Shown one piece after another: positions 51,284 through 62,761 of a stretch of 64,000 nucleotides of DNA. Numbering within the stretch: the first letter of the stretch is position 1; each line of letters starts with the position of its first letter. The translations under genes were made by a program, and so were the position numbers. The notes beneath the pieces are model-generated. The model did not search any database, had not been told where the DNA came from, and saw only the letters and a program-made list of their open reading frames with translations. Source of the stretch: Neovahlkampfia damariscottae. Lineage: Eukaryota. The DNA lies in contig JABLTG010000105.1 in assembly GCA_016618085.1 (NCBI GenBank), positions 1 to 64,000 of the forward strand. The letters are read 5' to 3'.

Positions 51284-51893
51284 ATGAACTGTCAAACACC
51301 AAACCACAACGAAATCAGTTTGTCAGCAAGAAAGAGAAGAGAAGAAGCGAATAAGTTCCGTTCTGTTAAGAGAAGACCACCACTACCACCATTAGATTAT
51401 TCCGAAATTTATCCAGCGCCAAAGAGGAAAGAGATTTTATTTTTAAAAATTCAGAAAATTGGTTTTTGTTGAGAACGAAATTGAAGATGAGTCATTAATT
51501 GATTCTGAAGGTATAAAATTGAAAAATAACGAGAAAATTCAAAGATAGTCTCGAAAGTCCAATTTTGACGCCAGAAAGCACTTTTAAAACTGGAGATAAG
51601 GTGGACAACAGTGTGATGTGTGATTATACAGAATCAATAATTGAAATGAAAGGTACAACAAATTCGAATTCAAAATTCAGAAAATTCAAAGGAAGATATA
51701 TTTCAAACAATCAATGGATTAAAAGGTAACTAAGTCACATATAAATCCCACGAGTTTAGATGAAATTAAATTCCTCAATGATTTTATGAAACAAAATTTT
51801 GAAGAATTTTCACAACATTTAGCAGAATTGAAATTCAAATGTGCACTCCAAAATGAAGAAATTATATTTCTCAGAAATAAGATTCAAAAATAA
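51284..51893 (+). CDS. Hypothetical multi-exon protein
   Basis: ATG at 51284, three later canonical short introns and a C-terminal coiled coil. The first junction needs a GA-AG intron or a sequence error. Confidence 0.5.
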
Positions 51894-51948
51894 ATCTTTG
51901 TATTATTTTTATACCAAAATCTGATTCCACCAATCATTTTTTTTCCAA

Positions 51949-53460
51949 ATGTCAAACTCCAGTCCTCCAAACCAAATCAATCCAACAAACTCCAAGACAA
52001 ATCACTCATCATTAATAGGTGATACTTTTTTGGAAAGATCAACAACTACATGGAATATAGTTCATCAAAATTCAGAAGTAATTATTTCCAAAGCTGAATT
52101 TGTAAATAAACAACTAAATATTTCAACCAACTCAATCACCAACAAAGAAAATGATATTTTACATTTTAAAAAAGAATTAGAAAAGTTCCCATTAATATCA
52201 GAGTAAAATTCGAAATATTTTTTTTTTTTTAACAATTAAGTTGTATTTCTGATGTTAAACAAAATATTTATATCATCACTGAAGAAATGAAAAATATAGA
52301 ATTATCATTATTTAGATTAAATTACTTTAAAAATGAAATGGAAAATAGAAGGAAAATTAATAATATTTTTCAATCATTATCAGTTGAACAACAAAAGTAT
52401 TTTTTTATTCTGTGATTAAATTGTTAGTTTATTGAATCAAAAATTAAAAGAATCAAGAAATATCAAAAAAAAAGAAAAAGAAGAAAAATCAGTAACAGAA
52501 GAAACCAATGAGGAAGAGAAAATAATCAAAAATGAGGAAGAAGAATTATTGAAACAAGAAGAAGGTATTAAAAATAATGAAGATGTTGAAATTACAAAAG
52601 AATCAAAAATTGAAGAATTAAATGATGATAGTAAAGAAGCAGAAGAAGGAGAAAAAATTGATCAGCCTTTAGCAATGGAAGAAACAACAAAAATAGATGA
52701 TCAATTGAATGATGAAATATCAAAAGAGAATGAAACATTCGTATCTGAGGAAGATGATGAAACATCAAAAGAGAACGAAATAACATCAAAAAATGAACAA
52801 GAATTGACACCAACTATTCCTAAATTATTGAATATTAATACCCAAACGAAAGAAGAGGACAAAATTAAATCACCAAGAGACTTAAAAGTGATTGTTCAAA
52901 ATGTGATATCTCCAAGATATAAAAAAAGAGGATCTATGATTGAAATGATGAAAAACAAATTAAAAGAAGAAGCAAATAAATCAAATGAAAAAAAAGTACC
53001 ATCTTCACCTTCATCAAATAAAATGATATTAAAAATGCATTCAAAATTCATGAATGATGAAGTAAAGTCTAAACCATCTGATGATTCAAATTCAAATCCA
53101 AATTCAAATCCATCATCACCATTACCAAGTTTAGTAAATTCAAGTCCTTCAAATCAGACTTTAGAAAGAAAGAGCAGTAAAATATCATTAGAAATAAAAA
53201 GAGAAAAATGTTATTCATGTGACAAGACAGTTTATCAAACTGAAAAAATGATTGCAGGTAAAAATGTATATCATCAAAAATGTTTCAAATGTTCAAGATG
53301 TAAAACGAAATTAACAATTCAAAATTATGTAATTTATAATTCAAATGAACAAGACGAAAAATCAAAATTATTTTGCAAAGTCCATTATGAAGAAATAAAA
53401 AATAAAAGAATAAGTGAAGGTTGGGATCAATTTAAAAAAAAATATAAAGAATTAGAATAG
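51949..53460 (+). CDS. Dysbindin-like coiled coil + acidic linker + C-terminal LIM domain
   Basis: N-terminal GDTFLERSTTTWNIVHQNS..AEFVNKQL..LEKFP; C-terminal CYSC..YHQKCFKCSRC..FCKVHY (LIM). Two in-frame introns. Confidence 0.75.
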
Positions 53461-53528
53461 TGTTAGAGTTTAATTTTATTCTTTTTGTTTTGACCAATCA
53501 AAAGAAGAATCAAGTTGAACAAAAAGTC

Positions 53529-54897
53529 ATGTGTTTGGAAACAATAAGTTGTATTTCATTCTTTCGTAAATGTTGTACAAGGGATGATGATGATGATGAA
53601 CCATCAAAATTAGAATTATACCGCTTACATATAACAAGATTATCTTACGGACTTTTTTTAGTTTTTGGTTTTCTTTTAGCATTAATTGGAAGAAATGGAT
53701 TCTTTGGATTGATGGAATATGTTTGATAAATTGTATTTTTAATCGTTTTAGATACCTGTAATCAAACAAGGATGTAATTTAGTTGAAAATGAATTTTCAA
53801 CCAGTTGTGCAGGAAAGAATGTAGTATATCGAATGTCATTTTCACTCTTTATATTCTTTTTCATGAATTTGATACTATCTTCCAGATTATTTTGCGTTGG
53901 TGATCGAATCAGATTATATATCCAACACAAATGGTTTATATTAAAAATACCAATATTCTTAATATTAATACTAGTACCATATTTTATACCAAATGAATTT
54001 TTCATTATATGGGCATGGATAGCACTTTTTATGGCAGGAATATTCATTATTATTCAAATTATATTATTAATTGATTTTGGATTTAATTTAGATGAGACCT
54101 GGAGATCAAATAATATCCAAGAAGAAGGTTTAAAATTTTGGGATTATGTACTTTTATTAATATCATTTTCATTAATTTTAATCACAATTGTATTAATGAT
54201 ATCACAATTTATCATTTTTGGTTTTGGATTAAATTGTCATTTAAATAGACTGTTTATCATTTTGAACATTATATTTTCTGTTTTTACAATTGTTTCTTCT
54301 TTAGTTTTTAAAAGAGGTATTGTACCACCTTCTATTATTGTTGTTTATTGTACATTTTTATGTTGGTCAAGTTGTATGTCAAATCCAGATAAACAATGCA
54401 ATTTGTTTAAATTAAATGAAACTACAGATATTGCATTTCAAATTATAACATCTATTATAGGTGGTTTATTTGCTTCATTTTCTTTATTATACTCTTCAAT
54501 TACAACTTCAAAAGCTTTGAAAAATTTATTTGCAAAAAAGAGTTTAGAAGATGATGATGAAGGATATATCGGTTTATCAGAAGAAGATCTTGCAAAAGAA
54601 CAAAGAGAAGAATGTCAGGAAATATTTCATTCTCATATTGTTTTCATTTTTGCTTCATTTTATCTTTGTATGATTCTTGTAAGTTGGTCAATTGATGTAG
54701 GTGAACATACAAGTTGGAAAATTGAAGAATCAGTATATTTCAATTTTGTTTAACAATTTAAATAGATTGCAGCTGTTTGGGTCAAAATAACATCAAGTTG
54801 GATAACATATTTAATATTCTTTTGGACATTGATTGCACCATTTGTTTTAGGAAAATGTAGAAAATTTGCTGGTTACAATGACAATGAATTTGATTAA
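53529..54897 (+). CDS. Serine incorporator (SERINC/TMS) membrane protein
   Basis: VVYRMSFSL, FIIIQIILLIDF, YCTFLCWS..SNP, HIVFIFASFYLCMILVSW, AVWVKITSSW..WTLIAP; two introns. Confidence 0.93.
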
Positions 54898-54941
54898 AAA
54901 CGTTTATACTTTAAATGAATAGAAAAAACTCGTGAAAAATT

Positions 54942-56244
54942 TTATTTTGGTTTGAGTGGAGGAGGTGTTCTGATTAGTGAAGATTCGTGATATTTATTGA
55001 CATAATCAATAATTTCTTGTGAATCATTTGGAATTGCATCTGATTTTTCACCATATCCATCCCAAGAATCTGGTCTTTTTGATGTAGCTCTTAACAAATA
55101 TTCATCTACGTTTTCAATGGATTCAACATTTTCATCTTCTTCTGGATAAAATGTTGGAAATGGTGGTGGATTATCAATCATTGTTTTTGTTCTTCTAATT
55201 GCATCTTCAAGATAAACATAATCACCTTTTGCACCTGGAATATTTCCTTGAATGAAGATACAATTATTTTTAATATCAATCATGTAAATCCAATTATTCA
55301 ATTTTCTAATACTATTTCCACCCATTCTACCAGGCATTTTTTTTCCTTTCCACATTCTAATAATAGATGTGTTAAATTTTTGTTTTTTTTTTTTACCTTT
55401 GGCCTTGTTGTCCGATGGAACCTAAACCACGATGAAATTTTGAAGAACCATGAGAAGCAGGTCCTCCTGAGAAACCATGTCTTTTCATAACACCTTGATA
55501 TCCTTTTCCTTTACTTGTTGAAATTGTATCTACATATTGTCCAACTTGGAAATGTCTAACGTCTAATTGAAAACCAACAGGTAATAAACATTCAGGTGAA
55601 ACTGTGAATTCTCTTAATCTGTGTTTTGGAGTGACACCTGCTTTTTGAAAATGGCCTAACATTGGTTTTGTTGTTCTCTTTAATTTTCTGTCACATGCTC
55701 CGAGTTGAATTGCTGCATAGCCTTCTTTTTCTTTTGTTTTTGTTTGTACAACTTGATTAGGTGGAATCCAAACGCAAGTTGTTGTTAATCTTTCAAAGAA
55801 TTCATTCCAAACTGGAAACATACCAACTTTAACTCCAATTAAACCACATCTACGTGTTTCAGGTGTCCATGAACCTGGTTTAACTTCAGTTCTTTTTACC
55901 CAATCTAAATATTCTTGAACAGCTGATAATTAAAACAATAAATTTTTTTTTTTTTTACTTGGATCTTCTTTTAAAAGACCTTCTCCTGGTATTTTTCCTT
56001 CTGCTTTCATTTTTTCCATTTCCTCAATGTTCTTTTCTAAAACTCTGTCGTGAACAAAAATTGGAACATAAGGAGGAACCTCTTCAATTCTTGGAATATT
56101 TTTCACTTTTTCTTTGTATTTTTCTAATTCATCCCATGGATGTCTGTCTGTATATTTTTTCCAATTTACTTTTCTTTGTTGTACATAAAAATTTTTCTGA
56201 ACAGAAGTTAAAAAATTTTTTGTCTTGAAGAATTGTTTCAGCAT
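54942..56244 (-). CDS. MRPL3: Mitochondrial ribosomal protein uL3
   Basis: RCGLIGVKVGM, EGYAAIQLG, SKGKGYQGVMKRHGFSGGPASHG, KGKKMPGRMG; presequence; two introns. Confidence 0.95.
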
Positions 56245-56289
56245 TTTTATTGGTCAATTTTTTAAAGTTGAATCTGAGCTTTTAACATC

Positions 56290-58005
56290 ATGGAAATAAC
56301 AAGAAAAAGTGTTGAAGAAAAAGTAATTTAACATCAATCTAAATTTAAAGGTGTTTAAAAATTGGATCAATTCTGTACTTCAGTCGAAAGGAATACTGGT
56401 GAATAATTTTTTTTATGATTTGAGTGATGGAGTTGTTTTTGCTGCTCTTTATGAAACACTTACTGGTAATTCTCTTGGAAAATATACAAAAAAACCAAAA
56501 TTAAAAGTTCAAAAATACATGATTATCAATTTAGTTTTATCTCAAATAAAAGAACAAATTCAAAATCCACCTTCATCTGAAAAAATAGTTGGTAAGAATT
56601 GAAAATCAAAAATTTAAAATCAAAGAATGTGATGAAACGACCATACTTGAATTCGTTTGGTGGTTTATTTGGCAATTTCAATTACAAAATCCAAATGATA
56701 GTACGCATTTATTTTCAATTTTTTTGATTTTTATTGATAGATTTACCTGAAACAGAATTGAAATTTTTATTCTCAATTTGGTGTAAAAATCAGTTGAATA
56801 TTTATAAAAATCTTGCAATTTTTGATTTTGAACAAAGTTGGAATTCAGGATTTGCATTTTGTGCTCTTTTTGATTCATTCATCCCAAATATCATTCAATT
56901 TAGTAAATTAAGTTATAATCCGAAAGACAATCTTCAATTAGTATTTGATTTGTCAGAAAAATATTTAAAGATTCCTAAATTATTAGATGCTAAAGAAATA
57001 TCAATTTGTCCAGATGAAAGGTCAATTATTTTATATTTGAGTTATTTTAGAAATTTAAAAAGTTCTAATTTAAAAATTATGGATCAAAAAGATTCTATTG
57101 ATGAACCTGTTGTAAATCAAAAAATCAATACCAACACAACGACTACCAATTCTAATTCAATCGATTTTTCAGAAATTTCAAGTTATTTCGTTTCATTTAT
57201 AAAATCAAATTCATTAAAGAAAATGGATTTTGAAACACAAAAGAAAGTTATGTATGAGTTTGATAAGATTTATAATAATTATAAAATTGGTAATTAATTG
57301 TCCAATCATTTTATTTTTCAATTTTTTAAAGGAAATTTTGAATGCATTGAATTGGATGAACTTTGCATGAAAGGTTTGGAAAAAAGTAAAAATTCAGAAA
57401 TTATAACATTATTAAAAAATGGAACTTATTCAAGATCAGATTTGCCACAAGAAAAAGTTTTAAAAGAATTAAAAGACTCTTTTGAAAATGTTGAATTTTC
57501 CGATGATCTAGAAAATTTCATTGAAGAAGAAGCAAAAAAAAGAAAAAAATTGAAACAGAATAGATCTGAAATTTATGATTCTATTCTTTTAGAATTATAC
57601 AATGATTGGAAGAATGAAAAATCGATGTTCATTGTAGAAATTGATAAAATTTTAAATTTCAAACCAAAAAATCACGAAAAATCAAAACTTCAAATTTTAA
57701 AAATGATCAAAAATCAAAATATTTCAAATGTAGATTACAATGAAATACTCTTTGATTTTGAAACAAAATTGTACAGTTGCAAAGATTATTTTGATATGTG
57801 TGACGGTGGTGAAGCAGATAAATTAAATGTATTTTTTCATTTGAATTGGGAAAATCATGTTTTGAAAAATGATATAAAAGCATTGAAGAACAAAACGTCA
57901 AAATTGGAAGACGAAGTGAAGGAATTAAAATCAATTGTGTATTGTTTATTACCTCAAAATTCGGAAATTCCACAAGATGCAGTTTTTATTCCAGCCGATG
58001 AATAA
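56290..58005 (+). CDS. Tandem calponin-homology (actinin-type actin-binding) protein
   Basis: KVFKNWIN..DLSDGVVFAALYETLTG; SWNSGFAFCAL..LKIPKLLD..PDERSIILYL; short introns; coiled-coil tail. Confidence 0.85.
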
Positions 58006-58090
58006 AAGTGTTATAATTTTTTTCGGGTAATTATTGCTTCTAATTTCAATCTTCTAAAATTTTTATCCAATCAACACAGACCCAATCAAA

Positions 58091-59283
58091 ATGACAAAGT
58101 TGTTTGTGTTTGTTTTCTGTATTTTACTTTTTGTTATTAATGCTGAACGTACTTATTCAAATTTGACTGAACTATTTGAATCTGCTGAATTAAAATCTCA
58201 TCTTGAAGAAATAAAAAAAGAAGAGGATAAACTTTTCAAATGGACTCCAAAAAAATTTGACTGTCCACCAGTTCAAAGAAATCATGAAGATCCAACTGAT
58301 GCTACCAAATTAAGATTTTCAGACATTAAAGTCATGATGGCGTTAGGTAACAACTTTTTGACTTGTCTAATGTAGTTTAAGGTGATTCTATCACAGCTGG
58401 ATTCGCTATGGATGATGCAAGTACTGTTAGATCAATTTATGATTATCGTGGCCGTAGTGGTTTTGTTGGAGCTGATAAAGGAACTCCTTCAGTTTTTAAT
58501 TATTTCAAAAAAATTGGGAATCCAATAATAGGAGGTTCTGTTGGAAAAAGTCTTCCTTATGGAGTTATAAGATGGCCATGGCAAATAAAACCACATAATC
58601 CACCAACAGACAGATTAAGTGGTGCTCAATCAAACGCTAGAACTCATCACATGGCAGCACAAGTTGATTATATTGTCAAAGAAGCAAAAAAAGACTCAAA
58701 AATTAATTACGAAAAAGATTGGAAAGTTGTCAATATTCTTATGGGAGCTAATGATTTATTTGATTGTGAAAGTAGAGCTGCTCATCCTGAACAATTTGAA
58801 ATTAGCTTGAACAAAACAATTTCAAAAATTTACTCAAAAATTCCAAGAGCTTTCGTTAATCTTTTAGAATTATTTGAAGAAGGTTTCATTGATACTTACA
58901 ATAATGGAAAAGATAATTTCTATTGTAGAAATTTATGGAGAGTAATTCAATTGGCTATTCCATGTATGGTAAAAAGTGATTCTCTTAGAGCTAAAATGAA
59001 AAAAATGATAATCGATTATAATGGAAGAATCAGAAAACTCGCGAAATGGTGGAACGATAGAAGAAGAAAAGATTTTTATATTGCTGTTCAACCTGTCAAT
59101 AGAAATGTTAGAGTTCTTGATAGAAGTTGGAGCTCAAAATTTGATTGTTTTCATCCATCACAAAAAACAAATGAATTGATTTCTCGAACTCTATGGAATT
59201 CAATGCAATTACCATGGGATAAAAAACCTACAGATATTGTTGATAAAATAATATGTCCTGATGAAAATACGATCCTTCAATAA
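58091..59283 (+). CDS. Secreted phospholipase B1-like SGNH/GDSL lipase
   Basis: Signal peptide, DIKVMMAL|GDSITAG, DWKVVNILMGANDL, DCFHPS. Confidence 0.92.
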
Positions 59284-59374
59284 ACTATTTTGAGTTTAAA
59301 AATTTTCTATTTTTTGGAGATTTTTTTTATCCAATCAAATTTGTTCTTACGTTAATCTCAGCTTCAAACGTAAA

Positions 59375-60430
59375 ATGTGCGAAAGAACAGCCTGTGCTCT
59401 GGAACCAACGGAATACTATCAAACTATTTCGAATAATCTGGGTTCAAAAAGTATTCAAAAATGGAACAAACAAGAAAATTATACTCCGGGTTATAATTTT
59501 GGACCAACTTCAAATCTACCTGTTGTTTTTATGGTTAAAAACCAATCTATGGAAATGAAAGAAGAAATTTTTGAACTTCAAACAATGAGATGGGGTTTAG
59601 TACCTTCTTTTTTCAAATCAATTAATAATAGTATTCCAATGCATAAAGCAAGAGGTGAAACAGTTGCTGAAAAAGGAATGTTTAACAGACTATTATCTTC
59701 AAGAAGATGTATTTGTATGGTTGATGGATTTTATGAATGGAAAAGAGACAAGAAAAAAAAACAACCTTATTTTGTAAAATGTAAAGATGGAAAACCAATA
59801 TTTTTAGCTGGAATTTATGACACTTGGAATTCACATGATGAAGAAGTTATTTATAGTTTCACAATCATCACAATTGAATCACCGGAAAAATACAGTTCTT
59901 CTCTTCATCATAGAATTCCAATAATTCTGGAAAGTGATGAATCAAAAGATATTTGGTTAAATGTTGAGAAATATACAAAAGAAGAAGCTATGTGTCTGAT
60001 TAAACCAATTGATACTGAAATTTTAGAACTGTATCCAGTTTCTGATTATGTAAATAAAACTGGAAATGAAGGAATCAAATGTATAAAAAAAATTGATCCA
60101 ACAAAAAAAGGACCACTAGATAAATTCTTTACCGTTAAAACAAAGAAAAAACAAGAAATCAAATCAGAAGAAGAAAAAAAAGAAGAGAACTCAAAAATTG
60201 AAGAAAAATCAAAAGAATGTGACAAAAAATTGAAAATGGAAAGTCAAGATGAATTAAATTCTCAAGATTTAGAATTCATTGAAAATTTAGAAATGAAAAA
60301 AGAAGATAAATTGGTAATTGATTTAATAGAACAAGAAAAAGAAGAAAATGATTGGAATTTAAAGAGAAAACAAAGAACAGGAGAAGATCATGAATGGATT
60401 GAATTTAAAAAGATAAAATTTAATCATTAA
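59375..60430 (+). CDS. HMCES: SRAP domain abasic-site processing protein (HMCES/YedK family)
   Basis: Cys2 (MCER), YNFGPT, MRWGLVP, RRCICMVDGFYEW, LAGIYD, SFTIIT, HHRIP, YPVSDYVN. Confidence 0.92.
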   Translation: MCERTACALEPTEYYQTISNNLGSKSIQKWNKQENYTPGYNFGPTSNLPVVFMVKNQSMEMKEEIFELQTMRWGLVPSFFKSINNSIPMHKARGETVAEKGMFNRLLSSRRCICMVDGFYEWKRDKKKKQPYFVKCKDGKPIFLAGIYDTWNSHDEEVIYSFTIITIESPEKYSSSLHHRIPIILESDESKDIWLNVEKYTKEEAMCLIKPIDTEILELYPVSDYVNKTGNEGIKCIKKIDPTKKGPLDKFFTVKTKKKQEIKSEEEKKEENSKIEEKSKECDKKLKMESQDELNSQDLEFIENLEMKKEDKLVIDLIEQEKEENDWNLKRKQRTGEDHEWIEFKKIKFNH

Positions 60431-61534
60431 AATGTTTACTCAATGATGATAAAATATCTGTCCACCATTCTTCATTTAACCAAAAGAAATGACCTTTATC
60501 TTCAACTTCAATTAAATGTGAAAATTCAATTTTTTTTTGAAATCTTCGAACTAATTTAATTGGAATTAATTGATTCTTTTTTCCATGATAAATGTAAATT
60601 GGTATTTTTGTTGGATTGGAAAACCAATCAAATTTCCATTCACTCCTTTCTAAAATTAATTCTCTGACAACTTCTTTCACTCCATAAATTTCCATTCCTT
60701 CTCTAAGATTTGGAATACAATTTTGTAAATAAATCTTCAATTCTTCACCTTCAAATGGATACAATTTTTCACTGTCTCGAATTACTAATGAAGTATAACT
60801 TTGAGGTTCTGAAAATACAGTTTTGTACAAATCATTATATAAGAAAAATCTCAATAGAAATGGAAAATATCTTTCATGAAAATTAATAATTCAAATTGAA
60901 TTTACTTTGTCAAAAACCAAGTATCTTTCAAATGAGATGAAAATTCGTCATGAGGTAAAATTGAATATGGCAATTCTGGTGATAATAATGCACATGAAAT
61001 AACTCTATCTGGATATTTACTACATAATGACAACATATATGGACATCCTGAATTCAGACCACAAATTGAAAAAAAATTGATTTTAAAACAATCCAATAAT
61101 TCAATTACATCATCAGCAAATGAAATATAATTTCTATTTTCATCAATTTCTGATTTTCCATAACCAGGTCGATCTATATTTATCATTCTAAATCCAAACT
61201 TTTTTATGATATTATCATTTGGATGTTTTTCTTTTCTACAACTTCCTAACGAATGAAAAAAAATGATGACTTTTGGTGATGTTGTTTCACCGTATTCTTC
61301 ATAAGATAAAAATCTACCACTTTTCATCAGGATTCCTTTCACACTGCTTTCCATATTTTTGTTCTTTTTTTTGGTAAAATATTTCAAAATTTTGGATAAA
61401 AAATAAATTGAGAAACTTGAAGCCATTGATATTTTAACTACTGACCAAAAATCTATGTTCTGAACATACAACAATTTGTAAAGTTTGGACACAACCATTT
61501 CTTTATAATCCTGGAAACTCAGTGTTGTGTTCAT
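60420..61534 (-). CDS. Alpha/beta hydrolase fold protein (possibly inactive)
   Basis: GRFLSYEEYG, IDRPGYGKS, elbow CGLNSGCPY, IYHGKKN, DKGHF; one intron. Confidence 0.85.
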
Positions 61535-61644
61535 TGAGCAGGATTTTGATGAATTGGTTTGATTGGACCTCGTTGGAAGTAAACCTTGTGTCCTTTGATG
61601 TAGGTACGTAATTGTATGAAGAATTCATTTGTTACTTCAAGGAG

Positions 61645-61717
61645 GCCCGGCTAGCTCAGTCGGTAGAGCGTTAGGCTTTTAACCTAACGGTCGCGGGTTC
61701 GAGCCCCGCGTCGGGCT
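61645..61717 (+). tRNA. tRNA-Lys (anticodon TTT)
   Basis: Acceptor GCCCGGC/GTCGGGC, D-arm gctc..gagc, anticodon arm ttagg-cTTTtaa-cctaa, T-arm gcggg-TTCGAGC-cccgc; no encoded CCA. Confidence 0.98.
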
Positions 61718-61724
61718 TATATCA

Positions 61725-61730
61725 TTTTTT
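61725..61730 (+). terminator. Pol III oligo-T terminator of tRNA-Lys
   Basis: T6 starting 8 nt after the tRNA. Confidence 0.7.
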
Positions 61731-61906
61731 CTTAATGAAAAGATTTTTTTTTTTTAAGAATTTACAGATTTAAAGAAAGAGTAAGCCATTTTACAAAATA
61801 ACGAGTGGCAATTCCTTTTGACGCAGCTTGACAATTTCTGGGCTCCCATAATAATATATTTTTGCTCCAATTTGGAAAATAAAAATTTTTTTGAACTTAG
61901 TTTACA

Positions 61907-62150
61907 GACCAAGAAGAGAGCTCTCCAACAATATTGTATGAGAAAACGTTCAAAAAGGTGACACTAATGTCTGACTAACTCTCTGGTTTAGAACTCCTTG
62001 AATCTTAGTATCTACTGGTACGAACTACATCAAGTTGAGTTCCCTTTTGAATGGTCTTGGTTAAAGGTTGAAGTGGTGGTGGGTATGGTAGATATTTATT
62101 TGTGAGCATTTAAATTTCTAAATGCTGATACCGCCGCCAACCTTTTTTTT
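61907..62150 (+). ncRNA. Unidentified structured non-coding RNA, probably Pol III
   Basis: Six nested helices with G-U pairs that work only on the + strand, raised GC content, no credible ORF, and a T8 end (62143-62150). See finding. Confidence 0.65.
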
Positions 62151-62209
62151 AGTTGGAAAGTGTTTGTTGGAAAATTGACCAATAGAAAAACAAAATTGGC
62201 TTTTAGAAG

Positions 62210-62761
62210 ATGAGTTCAATTGATGAAGTTTATCAAACTGAATCTTTGGACGAAGAATTAAGTATGTTTCCAACAAAAACATCATTCGACATTGATGCAT
62301 CTAAAGTACAACCATTAGATTCAAATCAACCAATCTTTGAAATAAAACCTGAGAAAAACCCAAAATTCGAATACATTTTCACAGAAAAAGAACAGCATAT
62401 ACAAAAATTAGAAAAACAACTGGATAAAGTCAAAGATAAACCAAAAACATATCCTGAAAATGAATTACCACCAGAAGAATTTTATGAAGAAGATGAACCT
62501 GAAAATCAGTCTTTTTTACCTTCGGATAATGGAGTTTTAAAGAAAGGAATGATTAAAAGAGATTATTCAATTGATATAGATTCAGAAGAAATGGTAGTTT
62601 TCCAAAAACCTAAAGATGACTTTTATGACGCTGATGATGAATACAAAGCAAAAAAGAAAAAAAGTTTCTGCTCAATGTTATTTTCATGTCTTTGGAAAAC
62701 TCCAGAAGAAGAATTATTTTTAGATTTTGATGATTATGATAGAGTAGAAGATGATATCTAA
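62210..62761 (+). CDS. Hypothetical acidic protein with short coiled coil and basic/Cys C-terminal motif
   Basis: 183-aa ORF, CCAAT at 62179; EQHIQKLEKQLDKVK; KKKKSFCSMLFSCLW (possible palmitoylation). Confidence 0.7.
   Translation: MSSIDEVYQTESLDEELSMFPTKTSFDIDASKVQPLDSNQPIFEIKPEKNPKFEYIFTEKEQHIQKLEKQLDKVKDKPKTYPENELPPEEFYEEDEPENQSFLPSDNGVLKKGMIKRDYSIDIDSEEMVVFQKPKDDFYDADDEYKAKKKKSFCSMLFSCLWKTPEEELFLDFDDYDRVEDDI

Noticed and set aside
61800..61850. U4-snRNA-like words (ggcaat, tgacgcagct, Sm-like aatttctgg)
   Set aside because: Far too short and lacks the U6-pairing 5' stem and k-turn. It could be chance, or upstream promoter sequence of the 61907 RNA.
62118..62300. Minus-strand 60-aa ORF overlapping the ncRNA candidate
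   Set aside because: Antisense to the 62210 gene with no protein-like features; the G-U pairing pattern favours a + strand RNA.
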